Positions 23,417 through 37,829 of a DNA stretch of 64,000 nucleotides are shown piece after piece. The first letter of the stretch is position 1; every line of letters starts with the position of its first letter. Source of the DNA: Atractiella rhizophila (taxonomy: Eukaryota); assembly GCA_021432655.1 (NCBI GenBank), contig MU271203.1:62001-126000 (forward strand), read 5' to 3'. The notes beneath the pieces are model-generated. The model did no database searches. It was not told where the DNA came from and saw only the letters and a program-made list of their open reading frames with translations. The translations under genes were made by a program, and so were the position numbers.

Positions 23417-25619
23417 TCATGAAAGAACTTTACCCAAAGTCCGATCGAAATCTTGCAGTGATGAGAAATCATCGTATTCATCCTCTTTACTTGGAAACTC
23501 TCCAAGAACTACTGCTCCAGAATAAACAAGATCCGAATAGGTATGCTCAAATCCCACAAGGTCCTGCGGTACTCCGTGATGCTGTTTGTCGCTATCTGTA
23601 GCACGACCCTGTAGAGCAATGTTAGTTCTACACCAGGAGCAACGAAGGCAAAAGAATCGTGACAGATGAATCACGCTGGCACTATCTTGTGAGGAGGACC
23701 AAAGTAGAGCGAGTCTCACCGAAAAGGACAATTCCTGCTCAAACTGAGAGACACCGTCACCTAAAGTCTTGCTCTGCCAGCTCATATGCTTCCACAAGCT
23801 TAAGATCCTGTTTTCATAAGTGTCAGAAGGTAACAAAACGACAGAAATTCTGCGTTACTGCATCAAATCACCTTCGTCCACCAGGCTCACGTTCCGTTGG
23901 CACCAGAGGGCAAAATAAGCATATCCCCCAGGCAAGTCTCGGAAGTTCAGAATGACGATAAGGTCACCAACCATTTCGCTGTCATGCAACACTTGCGGAT
24001 TACGAATCTTGTGATACCGAAAAGCGTTATGAACCCATTTTAAACCTGCTGCAATCAAGTGGTGACACTCATATTCAACACTTCTGTTCAGTTCCACTAG
24101 TCGCATGTTCGAAGAGTACGCATGGGTTGTTGCCCGTATCAGGTTGAATAGGCAGAACGTAAGGCGTGATTGATTCTGGAACATCATCCTCGAAAGCCAT
24201 CGTGGTACGTCGCCAAATGGCCCCGTGTAGAAGGGGCAATCTTCTTGGGCATAATCAGGTAACTCTATAGGCAAGAAGTGTTTGTTGTAAAATATCGAAA
24301 AATCAAGGACGAGCTTGCAAGCTGTGGAGCACAGCTGTTCAGCTTCTTCTTCATCTCGGAGCGACTTCAGGGTCTCTCCTAAAGCAAATTTAGCCCGTTC
24401 CGTATGATAGAAGAGCAAGCATACGGATGGAAAAGAGATGCCTAAAAAGACTGGTCTGATGTGCCCATATGACCTCTCGATATGTGTCCTTATCGGTCGG
24501 AAGTGATTCTGGGGTGAAGAAATAAGGATCGGTTAGGAACTGAACTGGATAACCGCAATACTTCATAAATTTCTCCAATTTATGGTCCTCAACGATGACA
24601 GAACCCCCGAAATCTAAGCAGTATTCAATATCAGTTGTAAAATGACCCTCAAAGGTCTGAGATAGCTGTTTCCTATATTCTGGGTCGTCCACTTCTTCCC
24701 ACATAGCTTCTAGATTCTCCAGAGCGAGACGAAGGAGAGAGCGAGCTTGTGAACCTGTCACAAAGGGCTTCCTCACGCTGCCGGAGAGTGTGGTGGATAC
24801 GATTAGTGATTGCTTGGACAGCTGCAGCAGAGGGGATGTATTCGATAAAGCAAAGTCGACCCAAGCCCGGATGAGGGTCCCGTGAGCCTCTTGTCGTCTC
24901 TGGCCAAATACGCGCAGGTCCAGGAGATGGTCGTTAAAGGATCTGTGAGGTATGACTGGAGTCCCTTCCGCCGCTAGTATATCCTGTCCACTGTATCTAT
25001 CAAAAGTGGAATATAAAGAGGAGGACGCACAGAATGAGGAGACTGCGAAGCTCCGCACGACATCATATATTTGAACCACAGTTCTGTGTAGGGAGAAATT
25101 GTTGCTTCATCGAGCTTCAGTTGCCAATACTCGACCCACGACAAACTGTTCCATGGACCGGGGATGAAGAGCTTCATTTCCTGGGTGACTAAGTGTTTTG
25201 TAACTTCAATTTGCTGTCCAGTTTAAAGTAACAGGACGTACCGCTCAATAAATGTTGACCTAGAGACAAAGCTCTCTGCACCTCTCCGAGCCGGGCGTCT
25301 ATCGAGCTAGCACGTATGTTTGAAGTACGAAGTACATCGCTAAAGTTTCTTCTTTGCTTTCTTTTACCGAGGAGTGCGGATTCAGACTTTTTGGAGGATT
25401 CAGACTTTTTTTTCGAAGTCCCCCTCACTGTTCTTTTCGAGATCAAAGATACCTCACAACTACATTTATTGGTCAATGTAGCTCCGATTTCATTAAGCTC
25501 ACGTACATGGCTCCAGCATCTTTACATCCCTGACACGGGATATGAGAGATATTATTTTCAGCGTTTAGGCAAATGAGTTGCAGGCGTCTACAGCGAACAC
25601 ACGGCGCTCGGGGAAGCAT
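23417..25619 (-). CDS. Zn(II)2Cys6 cluster transcription factor-like protein, paralog of 19164-21623
   Basis: Spliced CVRC-x6-C-x11-CQGC-x6-C. Shares ALS.TSPL.Q and LRLA.E...A.W with the other factor. The 3' end is uncertain. Confidence 0.7.
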
Positions 25620-26146
25620 GATGATCGCCAATTGCTTGACGTAGTTGCCTAACGTGGAGATGGTACAGTCACGGCAGTGTGCTCTGTGCTCAAAATCTGG
25701 AAGAAGCTGAAGCTCCTTCAAGCCAAGCTGCGAGATACTACGCAGGCTAATTTGAAAGTTACGTTTGACCGTCTCAAGACCCGATCATTTCTGGTTTCAA
25801 ATCCACCAGTTTGCTCTCAGATGACTTTCTTATCCTGGGATCACAAAGCTGCCTCAGGTCAGCAAGTTAAGAGCCGTTATTGATTTATTGTCGAGTTGAG
25901 CACTTCTATCGAATTCGTTCCTCTCTGAATTCTCGCGCGTTCGTGAGGGCATCCCTACTACATACCACATTTGATCCGCATTTCGGTGCGTCATATCCAT
26001 GAACACCTACTGTTGACAGACATTACCCGAGTACCACACCTAAAGTAGGGAAGCGGAAGAGTGCATGACCTTCTGCAAGGTGTATGAAGCGTTCCCTCTC
26101 TACCATTTACAAATCAAACCGGGGACAGACCTTCGATCCAATACTG

Positions 26147-26926
26147 CTAATCTGATTTCTGCTTCTCTGGTTCCTCCTTCCTCTCCACACCTTCCTCTCC
26201 TCCCTTCTCCACTTCTTCTCGCTCCCAACATGCAAGCACACCTCTCACATTTTTCTCTGCCAGCCCAACAACTCTCTTACAAACCATGCTCCACACTCCA
26301 CAACTGACGCTCCCTATCATCCAATAAGCGCTCCGTTTCCGCCGCATGTAGTGCCAATAAAGTACGAACCATATGGAGCAAAGGGAAAGCTCAACCACCA
26401 CGTTAGTGGTCCGAACCACCCTGGCGGTAGCCAGAAGACAGCTTGTTTGCCGTACCAACTCGTGATTAAGAATGGCGTAATTGTCGTCAATCCGAACAGG
26501 AAGGCTTTAAAGCTCATCGAGAATGTTGTTCGACTCATAGTAATCTGTTTATCTGCACAGTGCGGCGAGATTCAACTGAATGCGCCACACATATTCACCA
26601 GGAAGAACCGACTTAGGGTATCAAGCTCAGCTATCTGCTTGTCGAGCTTTCGTCGTAGCTTCGCCCATTTTGCAAACCGTCCTTGAGGAGAAGTAGCAAG
26701 CATGTCTGCTTTAGTTTGTAGGATGTCGCTCTTCAAAGAAGTCTGTTGCTTCTGTAATGGAGACGCAGTTACACGTAGGTACAGTGCGTGAGCCTGCGAC
26801 CCAGAGCTTTGTGAGGGTTGAAAACTAGAGAGAACGACTACTTACGGAGGTCAAGACTACTTCTTGCCCTATCCATGATATAAGAGAGGAAAGGAGCGTG
26901 AATAGAAAAATGGTGAGTGCCAACAT
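26147..26926 (-). CDS. GET1: Guided entry of tail-anchored proteins factor Get1
   Basis: TM start MLALTIFLFTLLSSLISWIG, coiled coil TSPQGRFAKWAKLRRKLDK, WYGKQAVFWLPPGWF..TWWLSFPFAP and GSVSCGVW. Confidence 0.92.
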
Positions 26927-27338
26927 GGTCGGTTTTGGGAGCGAGCAGTAAGCATGACTCATCACACCAAGAGCAAGAGTTCATCACTTCATCCCAACTT
27001 CACAAAAGGTGCCTTTCTGCATCTGTTATCTACCTTCTGGCAAGCCGAGCCATCCACTTGGCCTTAAGATATGAGTTTTGGACCCGGTGACTACCTGTGC
27101 TAGGCTTACGGTACATCGAGCGACGGGAGTGTTCGAGCGAGCAGGAGCGAGCTGTCGGTACCTATCCTCGTCAGAAAGTTTTTGGTCTTTGAACAAATGG
27201 CGAAAGCGGCCAAACTGAGCGAGGTATGAAAGCAAACATTCATCGCCGATACTGCCTCGCTTTCTGCGTCCGCTTCTCATAAAAGCAGCCTGCAATATCT
27301 GCATGTAGGTGTGTCGAAATTCCCTTCAAGCATTAAAT

Positions 27339-28618
27339 ATGTCTAACGTTTCTGAACAGGGTCAAGATGCTTTTTGCAAGGAACAAATTCGTCTGAAAAT
27401 CTGGGAGCGAGTGGGGTACGACCCGGCACAGGACCCTTGCAATGAATACGGATACATTCCTTCGCTCTCCTTCGGGATAGCTTTCACTATCTCGTTGTGA
27501 GTTATCGGCACTTTATATCTGTCTCACAAAGTGTAAACACTCATGAGAGATGTTTAGTGCTATCTTGACACTCGTGCTCACCGGACAGACGTTCTACTCG
27601 AAACGTTGGGCACTGCTGACGCTCACAGTTGGAGGATTGAGTAAGTTTCTGCGTGTGATCCAGGGAAAAGTTGCTGATGATTCGTAGCGGAGGTTGTAGG
27701 ATGGATTGCGCGTTTGATCTCACACAATAATCCTCTTGATGACGGGCCATTCACGGCACAAGTAACTATCTGTCGCTTTCAGACCGCCGTACACTAAAAG
27801 TCAAGCACAGACGTCCACACTCATTCTAGGGCCGTCTCTCTTCAGCGCAGCTCTATACCTCTCATTCGGCGCCATAATCGTACATCTGGGACCTCAATAT
27901 TCACTCCTCAAACCAAAACTTTATGGTTTCGTGTTCATCGGCGCGGACGTGATATCTTGTACACTTCAAGGCGTGGGAGGAGGGTTGTGTGCCAGCGCAG
28001 ACGACAATGACAGTCTGAAATTAGGTACGCTTCAGCCAATCTCTGACACGTCGCCAAGCTGAAACGATGGAAGGGACGAGCATCATGGAGAGCGGGATCG
28101 TCTTCCAGTTGGCGGCCACGATTGTGTTTGCTTTCCTCGCCCTCGATTTTAGGAGGAAGGCGAAGAAGGACGGTGCCCTGCCTGCGCGGGGCACACCACT
28201 ATGGTGGTTAGAGGTCGCATTGGCCGTAGGGACCGGAGCAATCATCATCCGAGGCATATACCGGACGATTGAGCTTGGGCAAGGATGGGCGGGGTGAGCT
28301 TCACTCCTGCCAAAGGTTTTTATCAGAGGAACTAATGTACCCATGGCGGTGGTGTGCAGGTACACAGCGAGGCACGAGAGCTTTATCCTTTTCGACGCAG
28401 TACCTATGGTCATCCTGCTCATCGCTCTCGCACTCGCTCATCCGCTTTGGACCTTGCCTCTACCAGGGAAACATGTGCCGAGTCTGATGAGGAAGCTTTC
28501 GATGAAGATGGACAGACGATCACATATTCCTCTCGACACCAAAAGCACCGTCGAATTCAAGCCGCTTGTAGACAAGGAGGGGCATTTTGATGCTGCAGAG
28601 AAAGTGACCACGGTTTAA
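27339..28618 (+). CDS. RTA1-like multi-TM protein
   Basis: Motifs YGYIPS, EVVGWIAR, LILGPSLFSAALY, FIGADVIS..LQGVGGG, GIVFQL, IRGIYRTIELGQGW and FILFDAVPM. Confidence 0.9.
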
Positions 28619-29607
28619 CGGTTCCATTGCAGTGTTACCCCATAAGGTAATATTGACATCTACCGTGATTCCGTTGAATGCGTATTTACTGCTTCAGAAT
28701 ACGGTAACCACATCATGGTGTACATTGGCATTTAGGAAATAATCAATACAAAGCTCCTCCTCGAATATCCTCGAAGCCAAAGGAACGATACCAATAAGCT
28801 GAACATGAAGAAAATCAGTCTGAGTGGTGCATTTTGCAGATCAGCCGCTCGTTGCTGGGGCATCATTACTCTGAGTCCCAGGTATGAATGCCATGAATGT
28901 ACGGTGAGCAGGAAAGGGACCTTGGGAAACCAAGGTTACTATAACCAACACTGGAAGCTTCAACGCGAAGGAGACATAGACGAGGTGCCAATGGATGAGC
29001 GGCCCGCATGTGACACGTCGAGTCGTCCCGCCAACCAAATGACGTCTCTGCAGCGGCTGAACTTTTCATCTGCGAGCACATTCATCATCCATGCCGTCCT
29101 GTTGACGGGAGGGAATTCGAAACGTACACTCGCGGTGTGGCTTTAGGCAGGGTTTCAGCTATGTTTATGCTTTTTTCTTTTTACAGCAGTTCCTTGCTGA
29201 GTTCCCGACACTGATCATCTCAATCGATTAGGCTATCAGTGGAATTCCACCACGGTCAATTACACCATCGCATCGATTTCAATGATTCTGCTTGACTTCC
29301 CCGTGATTTCATGGCCCAGGAGATCGGAATGGGCACACAAATTATCAGGCAAATTATAGAGCGCAGCCGTCAGCGTGGTCTCCCCGCTGACCAGTCATCC
29401 CGCGAGTCTGCCAGCACGCCAGTTCACCGTCCTTTTCATCATACCCCAAGGTCAAGAGACCGTCAGGCATGCAAACTCCATGCAGCTGGAGGAGTGTTAC
29501 CCCCGGCAAGTGGCGCGTGGCCGTCTGCATAAATATCCACCTCCCTCGAGCCTGCAGCAAGAGAGCTACTTGGGCGTGTGAACTTATAAGGCGCAGTCAG
29601 TCTGACA

Positions 29608-32008
<2,401 letters not shown>

Positions 32009-32286
32009 AGCTTTGGTTGTCCAAAATAAATTAACACGACAGGAAGTGTTGTTTCAAAGACAATATGTTCGATACTATCATCAGTCTGTGACTGAATTTG
32101 GAAATACAATAAATTTTCCTTCAAAGACGTCTGATGCATAGAATGTCAACACTCTTTATTGCAGCTTTATGCGTCAGTTATGGTGAGATATGGCAAAGTT
32201 AAGGAAACCGGAACCTAACCGATTTCCTTTGTTGTGGCCCTAACCCTAGAAGGAAGACTTGCAAAACGATCGCAAGTGGATGCTGA

Positions 32287-35200
32287 ATGGCTTCTGCTCC
32301 CTCAGACACAGCTGCAGTCGCTTTAAGCGCATCTCTCCAAGAAGTGACACGACAGGAACAGGTACCTCAAGCACAAGACTCATCGATTACGCAGTCGCGT
32401 CATAACACGAGTGGGCAGGGCACAACTATGACTATTGGACCAATGGAGGGTGTCATTGCAACACAGGGTGGGACTGCAGAGCCAGGAGAGGTCGCTCAGG
32501 TATGTCTTACAAAAGAAGATACGAGGGAAATGACAAAGAAACAGCAGAATTCTTCAGGAGCGCAGGAACCACAAGGGATGGATGGCGTAGAGGAGCTACA
32601 ACCAACTGTAGAGGAAGGGCCGCCTGCCATGGACGTGCCGATGCCAGACAATCCAGTCGGAGAAGGAAACTCGCTCACCGGTGTAGTCCATGTCGATGTA
32701 AGTGCAGCACAGGAGCTGCCATCACTCTCCGTTGGGGTCGCGCGCTCGGACACGACAGATGAGCTTCCGGCTCCCAACCTTCCTTCCCTTCCTTCAGTCA
32801 GCGAAGCACCAACTTCACAACCTTCGACAATACCCAGTCTTTCATTCTCCGCCGCCCTTCCAGTTGGCGCTCCTCCGATTAGTTTGTTGGACACACATTC
32901 GCCCATTCGCCCCCATGCTTCGCGCCTGTCGAGTACGAAGCCTTCAAGCCATTCGGAGGAGGAAAGCAAAGGTGGAAGGCGGAGGAGGAGGGATCATACT
33001 GGTGCCGCTGCCGGGAGCATGATTGGGGGGAGGGGGAAGAGGAAAAGGAAAAAGAGGACGTTTGAGAGTGAGGAAGAGGTCGAAGTTGAGAAACGAGAGG
33101 AGGAGGGAGAAAGCGTCGTTAAATGCCTTTGCGGGGTTGAAGAAAGTACGTTTTTCTTGTCAAAGGTGGATAAATGGGTCCAGATTGAGTGCGCGACTTA
33201 TTGGTGTCGGAGGGAAGGTGTTCCCATCATGATCAGAGAACACTATCTATCAATTTTTTTTTGCTTTTAGCCTCCTGCTCCATAAGGTTTTGAAATGGCT
33301 CTTGTGCCCATTACGTACAATAGGCACTCTGTCTGCCTCATCTCCTCCAAGTGCGGACGAGAATTCTGTTACGCAGTTTTCCCATCAGGCGTCTGATCGC
33401 AGTGCCTTTGCAGGGAGGCTGGGCGCCTGGTGTTCTCCGGTCCTATTTTTCCGCCACAACTTCACTTATTACGTTTGCGTTCTTTCTCCATCTTGTGAAG
33501 AGACAAAGGTGAACCACATAATGTAACGGTCACTCAGTCTCACTCCTCGTTTCTTGGCGGTGCTCTCACTGAACGATGACTCGCCTCTCACCCACGGACG
33601 GACGCTGACGAGCCTTCACTTCATAGACTCAACCGACGCAGACGGGCTTATGATTGAGTGTGAGAAGTGCCAGACCTGGCAACACTTCCCTTGCATGGAG
33701 ATCTACGACAACAACCCTCCTTCCGTCTACTTCTGCCACGAATGCGATCCGAAGGCCTTCGAGACAAGGAAAGCCGCCAATATGAAACCTCCCAAATCGT
33801 CTTCAAGGTTTGTCCCTCTGCTACAAAGTGCATTGCTGAATGTGGGCTGGGTAGACCACGAAGGAAATCCTCCGCTTCGAAGGAGCCGCCCGAATCAGTC
33901 AGGGACGAGAAAGAAGCTTCTCCAGCAGCTCCTAAGCGCTCGCATCCCCATCGTCAGTCTGCCGATGCTGCCTTGATAGCAGCTGCATTCGGCGAGCCCA
34001 TCAAATCATCTCGAGCTGACCGTCATCGCTCTTCCTCCTCCGAACCGGAACCTCTACACCCTCCTCCGCCGGTCAAGAAGCGAAATACGATGAATAGTCG
34101 GGACGCGGCATATGACCCACAAGAGATCGTGAGGAGTATTTTGGAGCCTGGAAGCGGAGCGATGAGGAAGAGACTGGAGGAGAAGGAAAGGGAATGGATT
34201 GATGGTGCTCCTGTTCCCGCCGCGAAGAGGGGGAAGAAGAAGAGAAGAGAGAGCGGGGATACCAGGGGCGAGGATGAGACGGAGGACGAGGGAAGAGGCC
34301 ATGATGAATTGGGAGCAGATCAAGAAGTTGGAGATGATCATCCTGTAGTTGAAGGGGAAGATATTGATGGTCAGGAAGGAGAACAAACTATGGACGTGGA
34401 TGAAGAGGAAGAAGCTCCTCTTGCCCGACGCTCAAAGCGCAAACGATCTGCCACAGTCACCAAGGCTGAAGATGATGCGGAGGAGGAGCTGGTGAAGCCA
34501 AAGAAGAGGAAGAGGGTGGTGACCAAGTGGTCCTCCAGGGGGAGAGGGAAGAAGAGACGAAAAGTCACTGTGGAAGTCACGGACGAGGAGGAGGATGGGG
34601 AACGCGAAAGGGATGAAGCCATGCTTCCAGTGAATGAGGTCATCGTAGAGGAGCCATCGCTGGAGATCGAAGCTGAGCCAGCACAAGTGGAAGATATGCA
34701 GGACGGAGAACGAGCTCCTGACGCTGAAGACGAGAAAAGGATCGAGATGGATGGCGGTGCAGAAGATGCGGCAGCTGAAGAGGTGGAAGAGGAGGAAAAG
34801 AAGCCAGCACCGAAGAAAAGGGGCGGCGCTCGGAGAAAAGGCAAGAAAGTAGTGGTAGATGATGATGGTTAATTTCTCTCTTCTCTTTGTCTATTCCAAG
34901 TTAACGAACCCAACACAGATGGAACCGGCGATCAACCAGTACCAAAACCCAAAGGCAAACACCCGAATCAATACACATACCGCGATGCCGATGGAAACAT
35001 CATTCCTAAATCTCAACGAACCCCTCAGAAGCGTGCAGGCGGTAGTTCACGCTCCAAGAGGGCGATTTCAAAGCCAGGAACGATCGAACCGCCGTTCATT
35101 ACAGGTTTGGAAGGCTGGGGTCTTCCGGAACATCTTTCCGTTTTGAAGCCAATTCTGGACGAAGCAGGGCCTCAACTCCTTTCAGTCCGTTCGTTCTGCG

Positions 35201-35517
35201 AGGATGGAAAAGGTGCGGAGACTTACCAAGTTCAGCCAAGCAAGATTAGGTGGCCGACGAAGAGAAACGGGATGGGAGATTTGAAGAAGAGGAGTAAGCA
35301 TATCATGGACTTCTTGCAGAGGATCGAGCTCGATATGGTTCAGAGAAAGAAGAAGAACAAGGCAATGGATTACTCTCCGAGTCGGGGAAAGGTGGGGGAT
35401 GATGAAGACTGGAAGGAGACTTTGGAGCTAATTCAGGAACTCCATAAGGACGTCCACGCCTTTCAGAGCAAGTTCTTCAGCTCTGGTGGGAGGAGCAAAG
35501 GGGACGGTGCCGAGTGA
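32287..35517 (+). CDS. CTI6: PHD-finger protein, Cti6-like (Rpd3L complex subunit)
   Basis: The PHD (KCLCG|...MIECEKCQTWQHFPC...YFCHEC) is split by intron 33146-33626. Also present: KRNTMNSRDAAY, HPNQYTY and C-terminal KIRWP.KR..M.DLKKR...IMDFL.R. Confidence 0.72.
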
Positions 35518-35637
35518 TTCACCTCATTGTTGTACCAAGTAGTTGTACACTAATTATAAAAATTTCGATTCACAACTTGCCCAAGCTCTCCCCTGGTAGG
35601 TATGGCAGAAACAAATTATTCTTCCGATCAACGTTGA

Positions 35638-37590
35638 TCATCCCGCATGTTCTACGATTGTAGTTACAAGCTTCCCATTCTGAACGACCGATTTCATCTG
35701 TTCCGGTACAGCCTTCTCAGAGAAATCACCTTCCTCTCCTTCAGGGACGAGGACGTTGATCGCACTCGTCTTCGCGGTAATGATTTCGCAGTCAAGGCAA
35801 TCCTTGGAGAGGTAGACCATCCCGCTATCAGTGTTATCAATCAGAATAGTAGGTGCTTTGCCCATGATCTGGACCTGGAACGAAGGCGAAGAGGTGACAG
35901 AAACCATTGACACAACGGATTCAACGACCACAGCGACTTTGTCACATCCAACTGTAACAGCACATTGTTAGGACGAAGCGTACAGGTCAGAGCTGACAAA
36001 CCAAGAGAAACAGCGTTGACTTTGCCTTTGATTTGGATGGTAGAGTTCTTGCAAGAAAAGATGTTGACAGATTGATTCAATTCCGTTTGATCGATGATGA
36101 GGTCCCGGTTCCCGTCTTGATTTTCCTTAACGGGCATGAGCTAGATGAGCGACGAGGGTGATAAAAAGACGAACTATCATCCAGTTCTTTCCATCTAACT
36201 CCTTCTTCGGTGGTTTCTTCTGGAAAGAGTGAGGTTTCGGTGGCTTTAATGGTCTTGAAGGTGCTGAACATGCACGAATCGGGTAAGCTCAGAAAAGCGG
36301 GAAGGAACACGACGCCGTACGGGCCTTAACTCCATTCTTGCCGGACCCAGAGGAGGCAGGAACGGTCGAAGATTCTCGGAGAGAAGGATTTTTATGTGTT
36401 TGCTGACTGGGATCGACTTTCTTCAGTCCCTTCGTAATATCCGACCCCTTGTTGATGGATGCAAAAACCGAGCCCATATCTCCACCGGAAGCTGCAGGCT
36501 TGTTGGTAGAGGTAGCAGCAAGATCCATTGGAGGGGGTGGCGGAGGAGGTGGAGGCGGACCGGGAGCTGGAGGAGCTGCCGCAGGCGCACCCTCACCAGA
36601 GGGTTTGGAGGCATTGTATTCTGCCGGATCGGTACCCTTGAACAGAATAATCAGGGCTAAGATTGAAGAATGAGAATGTAGGCACTTTTGGGTTCCATTC
36701 TAGACCTGTCTTGTAGTACTTCTGTACGTAGACCTTGAGGTCGGTCAGGAGAGTGATAAAACTCTTCGACCACTCCACATCCTTCCCACCACTATCTCCA
36801 ACTTGTCAGGTTCAGTATCCGTTGACTCGATTATGGCACCTACGTATCCTTCTTTTCCTTCATGATCCTATTGGTCCAAAACTGCGTCGTCTCGATCATG
36901 TCCTGACAATACGATACCGGCGTCCGCTCCTAGACAGCAATGAGAGTGTGTAGGAATGGAAGGAAGCAACACTTACAATCATAACCCATCCCAACGTCGG
37001 TGCACCTTCAGCCACGGAGTTGAGATGGCTAGCAAAGTTCCTCTCAGCTCGATTCTTGTCCCTGAGCTCAATCGCCTTCGTTAACGCGGCTCTTGTAGGT
37101 CCAAGAAACTTCTCCGAGATACTATCAGCCGGCTTCTTGCACACTTGAGCAGCAACGAGCATGTCTCGCTGAGCCGTAAACATATCCCTGATGTGTTGCG
37201 CCTTTATTTCATTCATCAAACTCAACCCTATCACTATAAGAAAAGAGAACACGCACTTGGTCATTGACCAACCCTCCGAGTTCAGCTGAAAGATTGATAA
37301 ACTTGAGAAGTGACCCAGACACAATCTCATCAAAATCCTTGATTTGAGGTGGGTCGATTTTCTCCACAGGTGCAGGAGAAGCCTCAGGAGGAGCCGAGAC
37401 CGCGGTGCTGGATGATCCACCTTGAAACTGCTGTGCTACATCTTCGAGCCGAGACGTCGCAGCCTCAAGTCTAGCGCATAGTCCCAGTTTAGGGAACGCT
37501 CAGCGAAGGAATAAAGAGCAGGACTGACCGTTTGAGGAGGGTGTTGAGATTGCCTACTCCTGCAGCTGGAAGGCCTTGAAGCGAAGACAT
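35638..37590 (-). CDS. SRV2: Adenylyl cyclase-associated protein CAP/Srv2
   Basis: Motifs LLKR|LEAATSRLED, HLNSVAEG...LGWV, YYKTGLEWN, polyproline, WH2-like ITKGLKKVD...THKNPSLR, and a CARP domain ending TTIVEHAG. Confidence 0.95.
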
Positions 37591-37829
37591 TGTTGTGGTT
37601 GTCGCTTCCCAATTCCTGAGACAATTGATGCGGATTGATGATGGCCTGACTTGGTTACAATTCACATTCATGCGAGTAGGAATAGCAATGTAGCGCCTGG
37701 AAACAGATTGTACAGGATTGTGTCGAATTACTGAAGGAATATATACTGCTTTCGAAGTGGAGACTGTACATGCGACGACAAAATACATAAAGTAAACGAC
37801 CTTTATATCCCAACTCTCCTAATGCCATG

